Shown one piece after another: positions 49,941-60,926 of a stretch of DNA of 64,000 nucleotides (its first letter is position 1; the number at the start of each line of letters is the position of its first letter). The stretch is from Tubulanus polymorphus (taxonomy: Eukaryota; Animalia; Nemertea). A program made the position numbers and the translations under genes. The notes beneath the pieces were generated by a model, which had not been told where the DNA came from, made no database searches, and saw nothing but the letters and a program-made list of their open reading frames with translations. The stretch covers positions 6,422,914 through 6,486,913 of the forward strand of contig NC_134034.1 in assembly GCF_964204645.1 (NCBI RefSeq), given 5' to 3'.

Positions 49941-50366
49941 TTAATAATTAACTAATTCTTTTAATAATTTATCTTGTTCTTCAACTGTTATATGACCATT
50001 TAAACTTATTATATAATCTAGTGTATTCTTTAATTTATTAATTTCTTTTATATTAGTTTTAATTTTTTCTTTATTACTTTTTATATTTAATTTTGAACTT
50101 ATACCGGTTAAAACACTTGAACTTAATCCTAATACACCAATTGATATAGCTAAAGGTGTTAATGGGCTGAATATTGCTAGAAATGTTATTACAGAACTAA
50201 TTGTAACCGAACCACTGATAATAAGATAATATATAATTTTACTTTTTAAATATTTTTTCTTTTTTATCTTTAAGTCACTTTCAAATTCTAATATTTGTTT
50301 TTCTAAATATATTTTTAATTTAGTTTTATTTATATCATGAGGAATAATATCAATGTTATCATCCAT
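49941..50366 (-). CDS. 141-aa two-TM 'GasderminX'-like protein (B)
   Basis: Near-identical to 16648-17073. Confidence 0.6.
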   Translation of the reverse strand: MDDNIDIIPHDINKTKLKIYLEKQILEFESDLKIKKKKYLKSKIIYYLIISGSVTISSVITFLAIFSPLTPLAISIGVLGLSSSVLTGISSKLNIKSNKEKIKTNIKEINKLKNTLDYIISLNGHITVEEQDKLLKELVNY

Positions 50367-50386
50367 TTATTTAGCAAAAAAAATTA

Positions 50387-50809
50387 CTAATTAGTAAACT
50401 TATAAGCAACAAATATAACAATAACAGTTCCGCCTAAAATCCATATTATTTCATATTTCTTCTGTTCATTACTTGGGGTATAATAATCTGATATTGTAGG
50501 TTTATGTAGATGTAATTTTTCTTTATTGGTTACCGCGTTATATAAACTCATTGCATCATCAACTGATTGAAAATCTCTATGTGAAATCTTCTGATCATAT
50601 AATTCTTTGTTAATATAATCCATATAGTTTTGCCTCTTTTCTCTATATTCTTCTGCTGCTTTATTATATTTCTCTAATGCTAAGTTATGTCTTTTTTGTT
50701 CTGTTAATGATCCATTTTTATCAATATGTTTAAATAAATATCCGCCACCAGTAAATGCTAAAGCGTTAACAATTGCCGATCCTATAATAGTTATAACTGC
50801 AGAAGCCAT
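50387..50809 (-). CDS. 140-aa protein with terminal hydrophobic segments (B, intact)
   Basis: VNALAFTGG..EQKRHNLALEK; C-terminal TM. Confidence 0.75.
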   Translation of the reverse strand: MASAVITIIGSAIVNALAFTGGGYLFKHIDKNGSLTEQKRHNLALEKYNKAAEEYREKRQNYMDYINKELYDQKISHRDFQSVDDAMSLYNAVTNKEKLHLHKPTISDYYTPSNEQKKYEIIWILGGTVIVIFVAYKFTN

Positions 50810-50833
50810 TTATTTAGTAAAATAATTACGCAT

Positions 50834-51055
50834 TTATATGGGAGGAATATATTTTTGTTTTTCCAAATAATCAATAGTTAAATTAGATAAAGTAACTGCT
50901 AACGTTAATTTTAAAATATCATTTATATCAAATCTATCAACATTAACACTTCCCATTTTGAATACTTTTTTTAATACCATTGAATAACCAACGGTTCCAA
51001 CTGATAGTAATGCTCCATTATATAATCCAGTTATTATCCACTTATAATCACTCAT
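50834..51055 (-). CDS. 73-aa hydrophobic protein (B)
   Basis: Near-identical to 15960-16181. Confidence 0.7.
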   Translation of the reverse strand: MSDYKWIITGLYNGALLSVGTVGYSMVLKKVFKMGSVNVDRFDINDILKLTLAVTLSNLTIDYLEKQKYIPPI

Positions 51056-51387
51056 TTATTTATCAAAAAAATTACTATCATCAAAATATTTAGTTAACTT
51101 ATTTATGATTAATTCAACATTTATTTCATTACTACTTTTATGATTATCATATATTTTGTTTTTAATATCATTAATAATTCCATCTTCATTTAATTCATAA
51201 TATTCTAAAGGTGATTTAATTAAATCAATTACTTTTCTATATTATAATTTTCTTTATTAATCATTGATGCATTGTTAAATGATTTACTTTTTATATCAGT
51301 TATTACATCATTTAGTTTAATTCTCATTTCTTTACCATGTTTAAAATCAAACCCAAAACATATACTCGGTCCAACAGTTATATTCAT
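51056..51387 (-). pseudogene. 112-aa protein homologue (B), frameshifted
   Basis: Colinear with 15621-15959. Confidence 0.6.
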
Positions 51388-51414
51388 TTATATTCATTTA
51401 TATAGTGAAAAAAA

Positions 51415-52176
51415 TTACTCTCTACATCTTATAACTAATTCATAAATTACAGGGAAATTATTTAAATCAATTAAATATCCATTTGGATTTCTAATTTCTA
51501 ATCTAAAATTATTAAAACGAGGAATGCATGGTTTGAAATCACATTCTGTTAAATTATAATTTGTTTTCGTTCCAAATTCTTTAACATTCTTCAATGGTAA
51601 AATGTTTAGTAAACCAGAATTACAAGTTATATCTTTAGTTGCTTCGAATGTTTTTGTAGGATCGATTAAATTGCAAAAAATATAGAAATGTGTGTAAGGT
51701 ATTGAGTTTGGTGTAGTAGCGTCAATATTTGTAAAAGATCTATCTGGAAGAATTCCTAACAGGTTAGCTATAGGTTTTTTTACCATAAATTTATGTTTTT
51801 CATTATTAGACAACCTTATCTTTATTCTATCAGAACTCTCACTTTTTAAAAATCTAATACTAAACCCAGAACTACTACCTAATTTGTGCCAGGCTTTTCC
51901 ATTAATTTCTTGTGCTAATGTATCTAAATTATATAACCCCGGTTTTAAATATATATAGGACCATTCATTTTTACCTTTATCAAAAATTAAAAAGGCTCTA
52001 TGTTCAATAGTTTTATTCGTTATATTATAAAAAGAATTACATAAACTTATATTAACTAATTTTAAATCTACACAATTCTTAAATTCTCTATCTAATTGTA
52101 CTAGTAAATTATGTGATTTATAATCTGTAAGCCTTCTAGAATCAACAAATATTCTGTATTCTTTTAATTCCGCCAT
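51415..52176 (-). CDS. Minor capsid protein (penton) (B)
   Basis: Homologue of 14850-15593. Confidence 0.8.
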   Translation of the reverse strand: MAELKEYRIFVDSRRLTDYKSHNLLVQLDREFKNCVDLKLVNISLCNSFYNITNKTIEHRAFLIFDKGKNEWSYIYLKPGLYNLDTLAQEINGKAWHKLGSSSGFSIRFLKSESSDRIKIRLSNNEKHKFMVKKPIANLLGILPDRSFTNIDATTPNSIPYTHFYIFCNLIDPTKTFEATKDITCNSGLLNILPLKNVKEFGTKTNYNLTECDFKPCIPRFNNFRLEIRNPNGYLIDLNNFPVIYELVIRCRE

Positions 52177-52193
52177 TTATTTTACATATTTTC

Positions 52194-52547
52194 CTATTCG
52201 AAATCTATTTCATGGTGGCCTTTTTCATTCTTACCTTTGTATACGAAATAGAAATCTCCAGAACATAATTCTTCTAGATCTTCACTTGATAATCGATGAA
52301 ATCTATCCGGTAAATATGTTCTGAATTTATATGTATTTCCTTTTAATCCTTCATATTCTAAGTGTATAACTAATTTATCTCCATAGTTATTAGTAACTGT
52401 ATCAATATTTGTAATTAGATATTTCTTATGGATTGTTAATTCTGTTAACTTTTTGAATTTATAATCTACAGATTTTACATTTGTGATATCTTTAATTCTA
52501 TCTAGAAATAATTTGTTGTTCTCACTGTGTGTCTGTTTACTCTCCAT
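52194..52547 (-). CDS. 117-aa conserved protein (B)
   Basis: Homologue of 14479-14832. Confidence 0.7.
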   Translation of the reverse strand: MESKQTHSENNKLFLDRIKDITNVKSVDYKFKKLTELTIHKKYLITNIDTVTNNYGDKLVIHLEYEGLKGNTYKFRTYLPDRFHRLSSEDLEELCSGDFYFVYKGKNEKGHHEIDFE

Positions 52548-52576
52548 TTATAATACATATTTTTATTAAAATTTGA

Positions 52577-55500
52577 TTAACACGTTAGAATTCTTTTCAT
52601 TATCTCGTTCTCTTTTGTTTCTTCTCTTTTAAATTTTAAGTATTCATCTAAATTAAAACCATAAGCAACTGTATGAATTCCATCATCTAAAATATATCTT
52701 TTATCATCAAATGGGTTTAGACTTATCTTTTCAATTTCTTCAATAAACATTTCATGATCTTCAGATCTTAAACATCTCATCTTATGTTTTCTAACTTCTT
52801 CATTGAATATACAATTGATGTAATCTTTAGAATGAATATTCTTTTCTACTACACTTTTGGTTATTCCTTTTAACTTTTTAGCTTCATGAGTTTTAGTTTT
52901 ATATGAATACATTTTAGATCTAATACCTATGAATTCAATCATTTCTTCACCACCTAATTCATCCTTAAACTTCCCTGGAACTTTTTTATTATCATTGTTA
53001 AACAATTCATGATCTTTAGGATAGTTACTAAAATCAAAATGATGTTTTAATGTTTTTAAATCATCTGTTATGTTATTAGTTTTTATCTTTAATATGTAAG
53101 AATCGGTATCAAAATATAATATTATATACTATATGTTTTTCTCCAAAAAGTGGTTGTAATACATTATAATAGAATTCATACATTAGTAATTTTGATATTT
53201 CTAAAACTGAAGCACCAACATAGATTGGTTTATTGAATTTCATTGAGGTTCTTCTCATTTTAACTGCAGCTAAATTTTCATCAAATATTCTGTTACCTAA
53301 AAACTTAGGATATGATTGTAAATGCCTTATCCTTTTGCCATTGCTAACTAACTCAATATCATTTCTATTTCTAATATTTTCACAAGTCTTACCATAGAAT
53401 GCATTATTCATTAACCTGAAGAAATCTTTTTCGAAATCAGTTTTAGCTTCAGTTCTCTGTTTGGTGTTAAAATCTATATATTTTTCTAACCACTTAGATT
53501 GACTGAATGAAATATATCTATGTACTTTTTTTAGAATCATTCCTTGATTCAACTAAAACTTTAACATTCTATAATGTACTACATAATTATATTTATCTTC
53601 CTGAGTTACCATTAACTTTTCTGTATGAATATGATTTTCGGGTTTAATTCTTTTTTGATAATTTGATAATTCTTCATGAGTTACAGTTTTATGTTCTGGA
53701 CAGTAAGCTAGATTTCTAGATTTAAATTTTTTATCTTCAGGATATTCCAAGTCTACAACAAAGAAGTAACCAGTATCTGAATCATCTGCAATATCTAGGA
53801 TTCTTTTCTTCCAATCAAATTTATCATTATTTTCATTCTGTAAAACTTCAGTTAATTCAAATACTCCATAAGGTTGTGGTTCCATCATTGCCCAACCATA
53901 CAAATTATTTGCATCTATATATAATAACTTATATCCAGGGTTATCATTTACATTGAAATATCTATCACCTAATACACCTGAAACACCTCCTCTTATAGAT
54001 TTTTCAAATAATAGTAATTGATCTATATTTGTTAACAAATCCATTTTTATATCTGTAAATTTTAAACCACAATCCCATGTTAAACCTGGGCTAGAATAAC
54101 AATGACAAGGATCAATGTTAAAATATTTTAGGTTTACATCTCTAAACCTTTCGAATATATCGGTTAATAATAATACATCTTTTTTAAATATATATCTACT
54201 AATTGCCCATGATTTTCTATTTTGAAATGATTCCAAATATTCAATGTTCTATTATATACTTCATCTTTAACATATTCATTTTTTAATTCATCATAAAATT
54301 GTTCTTTTAATAATTCAGTTATATTGAAATCATAATGATTTTTATAAAATGAATATGGAATTGCACCTTTATATCTCATTAATTGAAAATCATCATTATT
54401 TGGGTAATGTTGCTTTAATATTCTTAATTCATCATCAACTAAGGATTTTAATAAGTTATCCAGTGAACTATTTAAAAATCTATATGAATCTATAAATCTT
54501 AAACACCCAAATTGGAATGATATATAATTCTCAGATGTTTTAGCTAACATTCTAAATTTATAAGTTGGTATTTTATCTTTTGATCTATTTGAATTTAATC
54601 TTTCTATTTCATTATTGATTTCTTCTATTTTATGGCATAACTGTTTGATGAATAAATGTGCATCATATCCTGATAGATTATGAAATATAACTGGTACAAA
54701 ATTAATTTTTCTTAGCTTGTAAGTTACAATTCTCAATCCTCTAAACTTTCCATTCAAATGATCATGGTCTCTTACTTTTTTATCTTTATAATTAAATATC
54801 TTTTCACAATAATAACATTTATCTGCAAACGCAAATACTTCTTTATCTTCTTCTGTCATTATAATTTCTATATTTGTATTCAATAATTTACTAAATCTTA
54901 TTTCATATTCAATTAATAAGTCACAAAAATGATTGATAACATTTTCATTTCTGTAATTATAATATTCACTTTCAATTAGTTCTGGATAATCAGATTTAAT
55001 ATATAACCCGAAAGCAGCAGCTGATTGATGAATCTTTTTAATAGTATTTGTTTTTGGTGGTTCATCTGAAAAATCATTTTCATTAGAATTTAATTTCTTT
55101 CTTTTATAATATATTTCTTTTCTATCTTGATCAGTTAGTTCCTTATTTAATGATTCAAAATCTCCTATTTTTTAACCTATTTTTTGAATTCTAATATTTT
55201 ATCCTTTTCATTTGGTAAAACTAATTTACAATAATCATGATTTTCACATAATTGTTTATGATTTAATAATGTACTTTCATTACTGAATCTTACATTTTCT
55301 ACAAAGATATATTTTATTATGGTGATCATTTTCTGATTTAAAAAATAAATCGATTTGTTTAATCCATATATAATGATTCTCATAATATAGTATATCTATA
55401 ACATCGTTTGAATCATAATCTTTTGATAGATATAAAGGTTCTAATGTATAATGTTTTATATTGTTACCTTTTGTATTTGGTAATTTGATTAAATCAAATA

Positions 55501-56595
55501 CGTTTATCTTTATATTATTATCTGTTTCTATTTTTGGGATGTTTTTAATTATAACAGGATACTTATCTATCTTATAATTATTTTCAAATAGTTTATGATT
55601 TGTTAATCTATAAGTATGTTTATTATAATCTTCAACTGGGTGTAAGCAACTTATTATAGCCCATAGAAAACATTTATCATCTTCATTTTGTACATTTATA
55701 ACAGCATTAGTTTTAAATGGTAGTTTAATATAACTCGATGCTTCAATATCTGGTTCTTTATAATATGATACATTATTTTCATCAATTGGTTTTGATTTAG
55801 TTAACTTATTATATTTTGTGTTATAAACATGTAAAGTCATAAATATTATTTCATCAAATATTAAACCAGACCCTTCAAAATATTTCTCTTCTATTTTAGT
55901 TTTTACTTCATTATAACATTTATCTAATTTTTCATCTATATGTTGTTTAGATATAATATGTTGTGAATGAGAATTTATATTATATATTGGTTTATCTTCA
56001 GATTTTATGAATTTAACTTTTGATGAAATACTTATTTTAGGATATTCAACATCAGTTATTATTTTTATTATTTCTTTCATATTTTCTAAATGTTTTTTAT
56101 TTTCTTCTAATGTTTTTCCTTTATGAAATTTAAACTCGATAGCTGCTGGGACAATATCACTTTTAAATGCTTCGGTTATCTCTATATCTTTTTTATTATC
56201 CAATAAATTAATATATTTTCTTACATCTTCCATGTATGGTCTTTTATTGTTTAATTTATTTTATTTTTTATGCTTTTAATTGTCTTCTGTTTCTTATCAT
56301 TATCTTCATCAAAATAATCATCACCTAAAATATCATTATTCTTATTTCTAATATGACTTTTAGATTTTACATGTTCATTATAATATCTTTTATCACTGAA
56401 TGATTGATTACATGTATCACATTTGTATGTTTCTTTTTCATTCTTTAATTCATCTAATTTAGTTTCTAATATATCATCTTTATATTCTAGTTTCAATTTA
56501 TTCTCTATATGTGTTTTAGTTTTATTGTGTCTTGCTTTTTGGGATTTATCTATATTGATATTACATGTTGGACAGTAGTACTTATTTGCTTCCAT
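52577..56595 (-). pseudogene. polB: pPolB (B), near full length (~1340 codons) with several frameshifts
   Basis: FHNLSGYD (ExoII), DVLLLTD (ExoIII), YIDANNLYGWAM (motif A), MNNAFYGK (B), YFDTDS (C), RDHDHLNGKFRG (EndoVII-like). Confidence 0.93.
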
Positions 56596-56649
56596 TTTAA
56601 TACTAAATTTTTTATTAAAATTGATTTTAGAAGTTCAATGATTTATATC

Positions 56650-57029
56650 ATGCATTATTTCAACCACACTTTACTAACACTTTTAATGTTTAAAAATCTA
56701 ACTCACACAAATATGAATATCGAAATAATGTTGTAAATATATACTTTTATATCTATTCTATAAGAGCTTACACTTTTATATTGAATAATCTGTCAATTTA
56801 AATGTTATTCATATATATTTTATTCATGTATATAAATATTTTAAGAGTAATAGGGATAATGGGCTTTCATATCAAAGGTTGAAAGGGCTAGTGAGTAAAA
56901 AATGAAAAATATGAAAATAATAATAATTTCTATTTGAATTAGGAGTGAAACTCATATAAAATGAAAAATAAATTCGAGTGTGCGAGAATTATTTTTCATT
57001 TTATATTATTTTTCATTATCCCTATCACT
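56650..57029. repeat. Polinton B other TIR; outer hairpin arm has an ~85-bp deletion
   Basis: Reverse complement of 38379-38843 with a gap. Confidence 0.88.
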
Positions 57030-57993
57030 AACGACCGACATAAAATATCAAAACGTGTTCGCATTAGGCAAAACCGCTCTTATAGGAGCGGTTTTGATCA
57101 ATGTGCATGCGCTAATCATAATTATATATTCATTCTGTAAAATAGAAACAACTGAACATAGAAAATTCAAACGCATGTGCAATAGGCAAAACCGCTCTTA
57201 TAGGAGCGTTTTTGCTTAATGCGCATGCGCTAATCATAATTGAAACGACCGAACATAGAACATTCACCAAGTAGATTTACACAATACATTATACAAGTTG
57301 TTCTGTCGTTTCTTCCAATACATCATTTGATTTCTATAAATACAATTTATAATTACAAACATTTTTCAATTGCCGGTAAATATTTAACTACATCAACAAA
57401 TGTTAAACTTAATCATTGGAGTCTTAATGTTTTTGAAATTCTTATATAGTTTCTTCGTCGATCTTTTGGCGATTCTTGTGTTTCTTGTGCTAATTTCTAT
57501 TGGTTCGATATCCATTGCTGTTGATTCCTCGGTCAGAAAGAGAAAGAGTATCTTGTATTAAAGAGTATGAAAGAGTTCTTGATGCGTATGACGTTTTATT
57601 AATCTAAAAGATATTAGCGGCAACTCTAGCCATCTAAAAGATATACTAAATACACTTAAATATATCTAAAGGTTTCATATTTAATAGCCCTAATAACTAC
57701 AAAAAACAGTACTTACATTTAGATTTAGAATTGTAAACTATAAACTCCTAATTTCGTTTCGAGAGATAGAATATCCTAAGCGTAATGTTACAGCGTCTGT
57801 TCATTTCCTGCCACGTCATCTGGTTCCGGCACACCTTTCTAGAATGTTCTCTACACGTTTGCAATATTATGACTCATATGTCTCGGCGTCATAGTAACAG
57901 CTGTAACAGCTGTGAATTTATAGATTTATTCAATAGTTCATTACATGAAATGTATATAGGCTCAAATAGAATCATGTTCTAGTATAAACAGCT

Positions 57994-58364
57994 ATGCATT
58001 ATTTCAATCACACTTTACTAACACTTTTAATGTTTAAAATCTAACTCACACAAATATGAATATTGAAATAATGTTGTAAATATATCTATCTATATATCTA
58101 TTTTATAAGAGCTTACACTTTTATATTGAATAATCTGTCAATTTAAATGTTATTTATTTACATGAATATTTTAAGAGTAATAGGGATAATAGGCTTTCAG
58201 GTTAAAGGTTGAAGGGGCGAGTGAGTAAAAAATGAAAATAACAATAATTTACAGTTGAATTAGGAGTGTGCACGACTAATTCAACTGTAAATTATTGTTA
58301 TTTTCATTTTTTTACGAGCTCGACCCTTCGACCTTTGACCTGAAAGCCTATTATCCCTATTACT
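57994..58364. repeat. Polinton A right TIR with 189-bp hairpin (58176-58364)
   Basis: Reverse complement of 10992-11363. Confidence 0.95.
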
Positions 58365-58995
58365 GTTCTCATATTCGAGAAGTTTGAATTGGTCAGTGGT
58401 GGCCAGTGATGGTCAATTCATGAATTTGCAATGATGATACCTCAGTAGTTTGAAAACAAACATGACTTAAACAAACATGATAAATTTCCGAAATTCGAAG
58501 TCAGGTGTTCAGACCCGGGGATATCTCAATTGGTCAGTTTCTGACCATCATGGTGTCACCATTGTGGTCTATAGCTCAAATGAAACACGTGGGACCGACG
58601 AAAGGGCCCAAAAGCGAAAGTCATTTCCCGAGTGATGTGATCCAAAAATGCCTTAACTGGAAAAGGCAGTCTTTCAATTGGACGAAACCAAATCGGACAG
58701 TACAATTAAAATTTGGGAAGGCCACAGGCAGTGGTCTTTCTACGAAGCCCACGCAGTAGGCCTATACTTTGAGCGTATTATTATGAAATCTTTTTTTAAA
58801 CCACAATGTACCACATGAAGTAATAAGCATCGTTGTAAGCACTTGAAACACCCATTAACCACTTGAAACTGTCAGATCAAACATCATACCGCATCCCCGC
58901 AAATTGGGTAGTTCAGCAAACCGGAGCTTTCATTTGCCTATCTCTAGACTACCCCGCCAGTACGGGTAGCCGAGCAAACCGGAAAACTCATAATG

Positions 58996-59850
58996 AAGCG
59001 CTGTGATTGGTACGAGCGGATTCTGGTCGGCTAATAACGACTCTAACGACTCGTGAGGTCAGGGGTTCGGCGAACAGCTTTAGCGTAGTGGATTCCATCC
59101 TCGCTTGCCAGGGGTCCGGTTTCACTCACGATGTCGCTTCCCCCTGGCCGCACGAAGCGTGATTTCATTACTGGCGCTGTTGTGCATGATGTCATATAAT
59201 GCAATTCAATTCAATAGTTTATTACAACTTAAAAGTTTTACAGTAAAACATACAAGTATATAATGCAATAAAGGAAAAAAAGGACAATTAATTTTACAGA
59301 AAATTACAATTTAAAATAAACAGGATAACACATTTACGGAACTAGCATGATTTAGCATGATTTAGAAGACACACTCCGGGGCTCCATCATGAGAAAACTG
59401 GAAGAAGCATATGTGTATACTACCAGGGAGGTGGGAGTGAAAAACCAAGTAGAGGGTTCACTTCCACCTCCCAGGCATATCTAACAAAAAGACCCGTTTC
59501 TTTTGTATGTTATTTGTTGTATATAGTGACAGAAAAGGTTACAGATCTCAAAGTCGTTACCATAGGACATCAGGAGAATAAAATGTTAATCCTCGGAAAA
59601 ATCTTCGATGGGCATAATTAATCGGAGCGAATTCAAAAAGTATATTGATTTGGCATATATCGATTTGCGAAATACTTCCTTGTTCAGTAAAACGTTCGCT
59701 GATTGGTCCATTTAACGGGAAAACCAATAGAAGCCTAAAGTCGTTTGTTACGAGCGCTGTGATTGGTACGACCGGATTCTGGTCGGCTAGTAACGACTCC
59801 AACGACTCGTGAGGTCAAGGGGTTCGGCGAACAGATTTAGCGTAGTGGGT
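58996..59850. repeat. Remainder of repeat Z units; second unit interrupted at ~59198-59655
   Basis: 58996-59095 repeats at 59753-59850. The insert starts with CAATTCAATTCAAT, resembling a reversed LINE/SINE tail. Confidence 0.65.
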
Positions 59851-59937
59851 TCGAATCCCTTGACGGGTGAAGATGAGTGGGTTCGAATCCCTTGACGGGT
59901 GAAGATGGTTAGACTGGTTGCCTGTCCCATGCAATAT

Positions 59938-60337
59938 ATAGTCGAATTTATCACGTCAAATCAAATTTGATTTTACGTAATATCGTTTTTATCTAGTCAT
60001 AATCAAATTTGATTTGGTCCAATTTTTGAATTTAACACGGCATCAAATTTAAATCGATTTGTCAAATCATCAAATCACGCCCGGAGTTGATTTGATACGA
60101 TTTGAAGATGGAAGACTCACAATTTTATTTCGAAAAACTGATATAAATGTAAACTGAAATAGAAACCATTCATAGGAAACGATATTTTAAAAAGTGGGAC
60201 AGTATTTTCTTGTCAGCCGTTTGGAACAAGGCGTCAAATTCATCCTGTTGTGCAAATCTTATTTGATTAGATTACACGTGACTAGCAAATTATGATAAGG
60301 AAAATCAAATCTGATTTGACAAGATGAATTCGCCTTA
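59938..60337. mobile_element. Putative MITE (~400 bp) with imperfect ~35-bp TIRs
   Basis: GTCGAATTTTATCACGTCAAATCAAATTTGATTTT mirrors AAAATCAAATCTGATTTGACAAGATGAATTCGCC; internal CAAATC/GATTTG repeats. Confidence 0.5.
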
Positions 60338-60926
60338 GATATAGACTGGTCATCTGTCCAAATTCGGCGCTACCTGCTGCATTCGCAGTCAGAATAGTGT
60401 AATGTTCAAATGAACCGACGACCCGATTGAAGAGCTCAGACCACTATTCCAAAATCTTCTATATCCTATAGTAAAAAAAAACAAGAAATTGGAGAGTTTA
60501 GTTCATATAGGCCTATAAGCGCGTAAATTCAGGGGATATCCTGCTTATGGCTCATGGGCCAGCATCTTAGCTACGCATTGAAGTGGTTAATTTTGCCACA
60601 GATACCCAACGTAACTTTTAAAATGATCAAACCTTTAGAAAGGAGGGGTATCCCAGTACAGGTATGCCACTACATCCGAGCTAAATATAGAAGGGAATGC
60701 CCCACCGTGTTTGGCACCCTTACTCCAAGCAAAAAAGGCCCAGGAAATCCCTTATTTCATCATCGGTCTCTCAGGACTAATGGATTTCATGCATATAACC
60801 GAAATTCGTTGCCTATCCCATTCGCAGAAATTATGGCAACATTTCTCGGGGACCTCTTTTTCATTCTAGGAACTATTTTTGGGGTCCGGCCCTACGCATC
60901 TTCGAGCTACTAACCTAATTGTGGTC

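Larger units (their letters stand above)
38379..57029 (-). mobile_element. Polinton B (18.65 kb), same family as A, nested in A in inverted orientation
   Basis: AGTAATAGGGATAATG ... CATTATCCCTATCACT ends, TIRs 38379-38843 / 56650-57029, TSD AACGAC (38373-38378 / 57030-57035). Confidence 0.93.
10992..58364 (+). mobile_element. Polinton/Maverick A (endogenous polintovirus/adintovirus-like; ~17 kb own sequence) with nested Gypsy and Polinton B
   Basis: 5'-AGT...ACT-3' ends, ~370-bp TIRs, 6-bp TSD GTTCTC (10986-10991 / 58365-58370), and pPolB, penton, MCP, ATPase and integrase genes. Confidence 0.95.
198..58995. mobile_element. Non-autonomous TIR DNA transposon T2 (~5 kb own sequence: 198-1585, 7996-10991, 58371-58995), host of T1 and Polinton A
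   Basis: Left end CATTATGAGAATGCCGGTTTGCT (198) and right end AGCAAACCGGAAAACTCATAATG (to 58995). Segments are the reverse complement of T1, and the flanks rejoin into repeat Z. Confidence 0.8.

Noticed and set aside
10992-58364. Single giant palindromic element or assembly fold-back artefact
   Set aside because: The two halves differ in sequence, hairpins and accessory gene, and each has its own TIR pair and 6-bp TSD.
59846-59908. tRNA gene (GGTTCGAATCC B-box, duplicated 32-bp unit)
   Set aside because: No cloverleaf or acceptor stem; at most a SINE-head fragment.
60554-60913. 119-aa ORF as a host gene
   Set aside because: No recognisable domain or splice context; lies between repeats.
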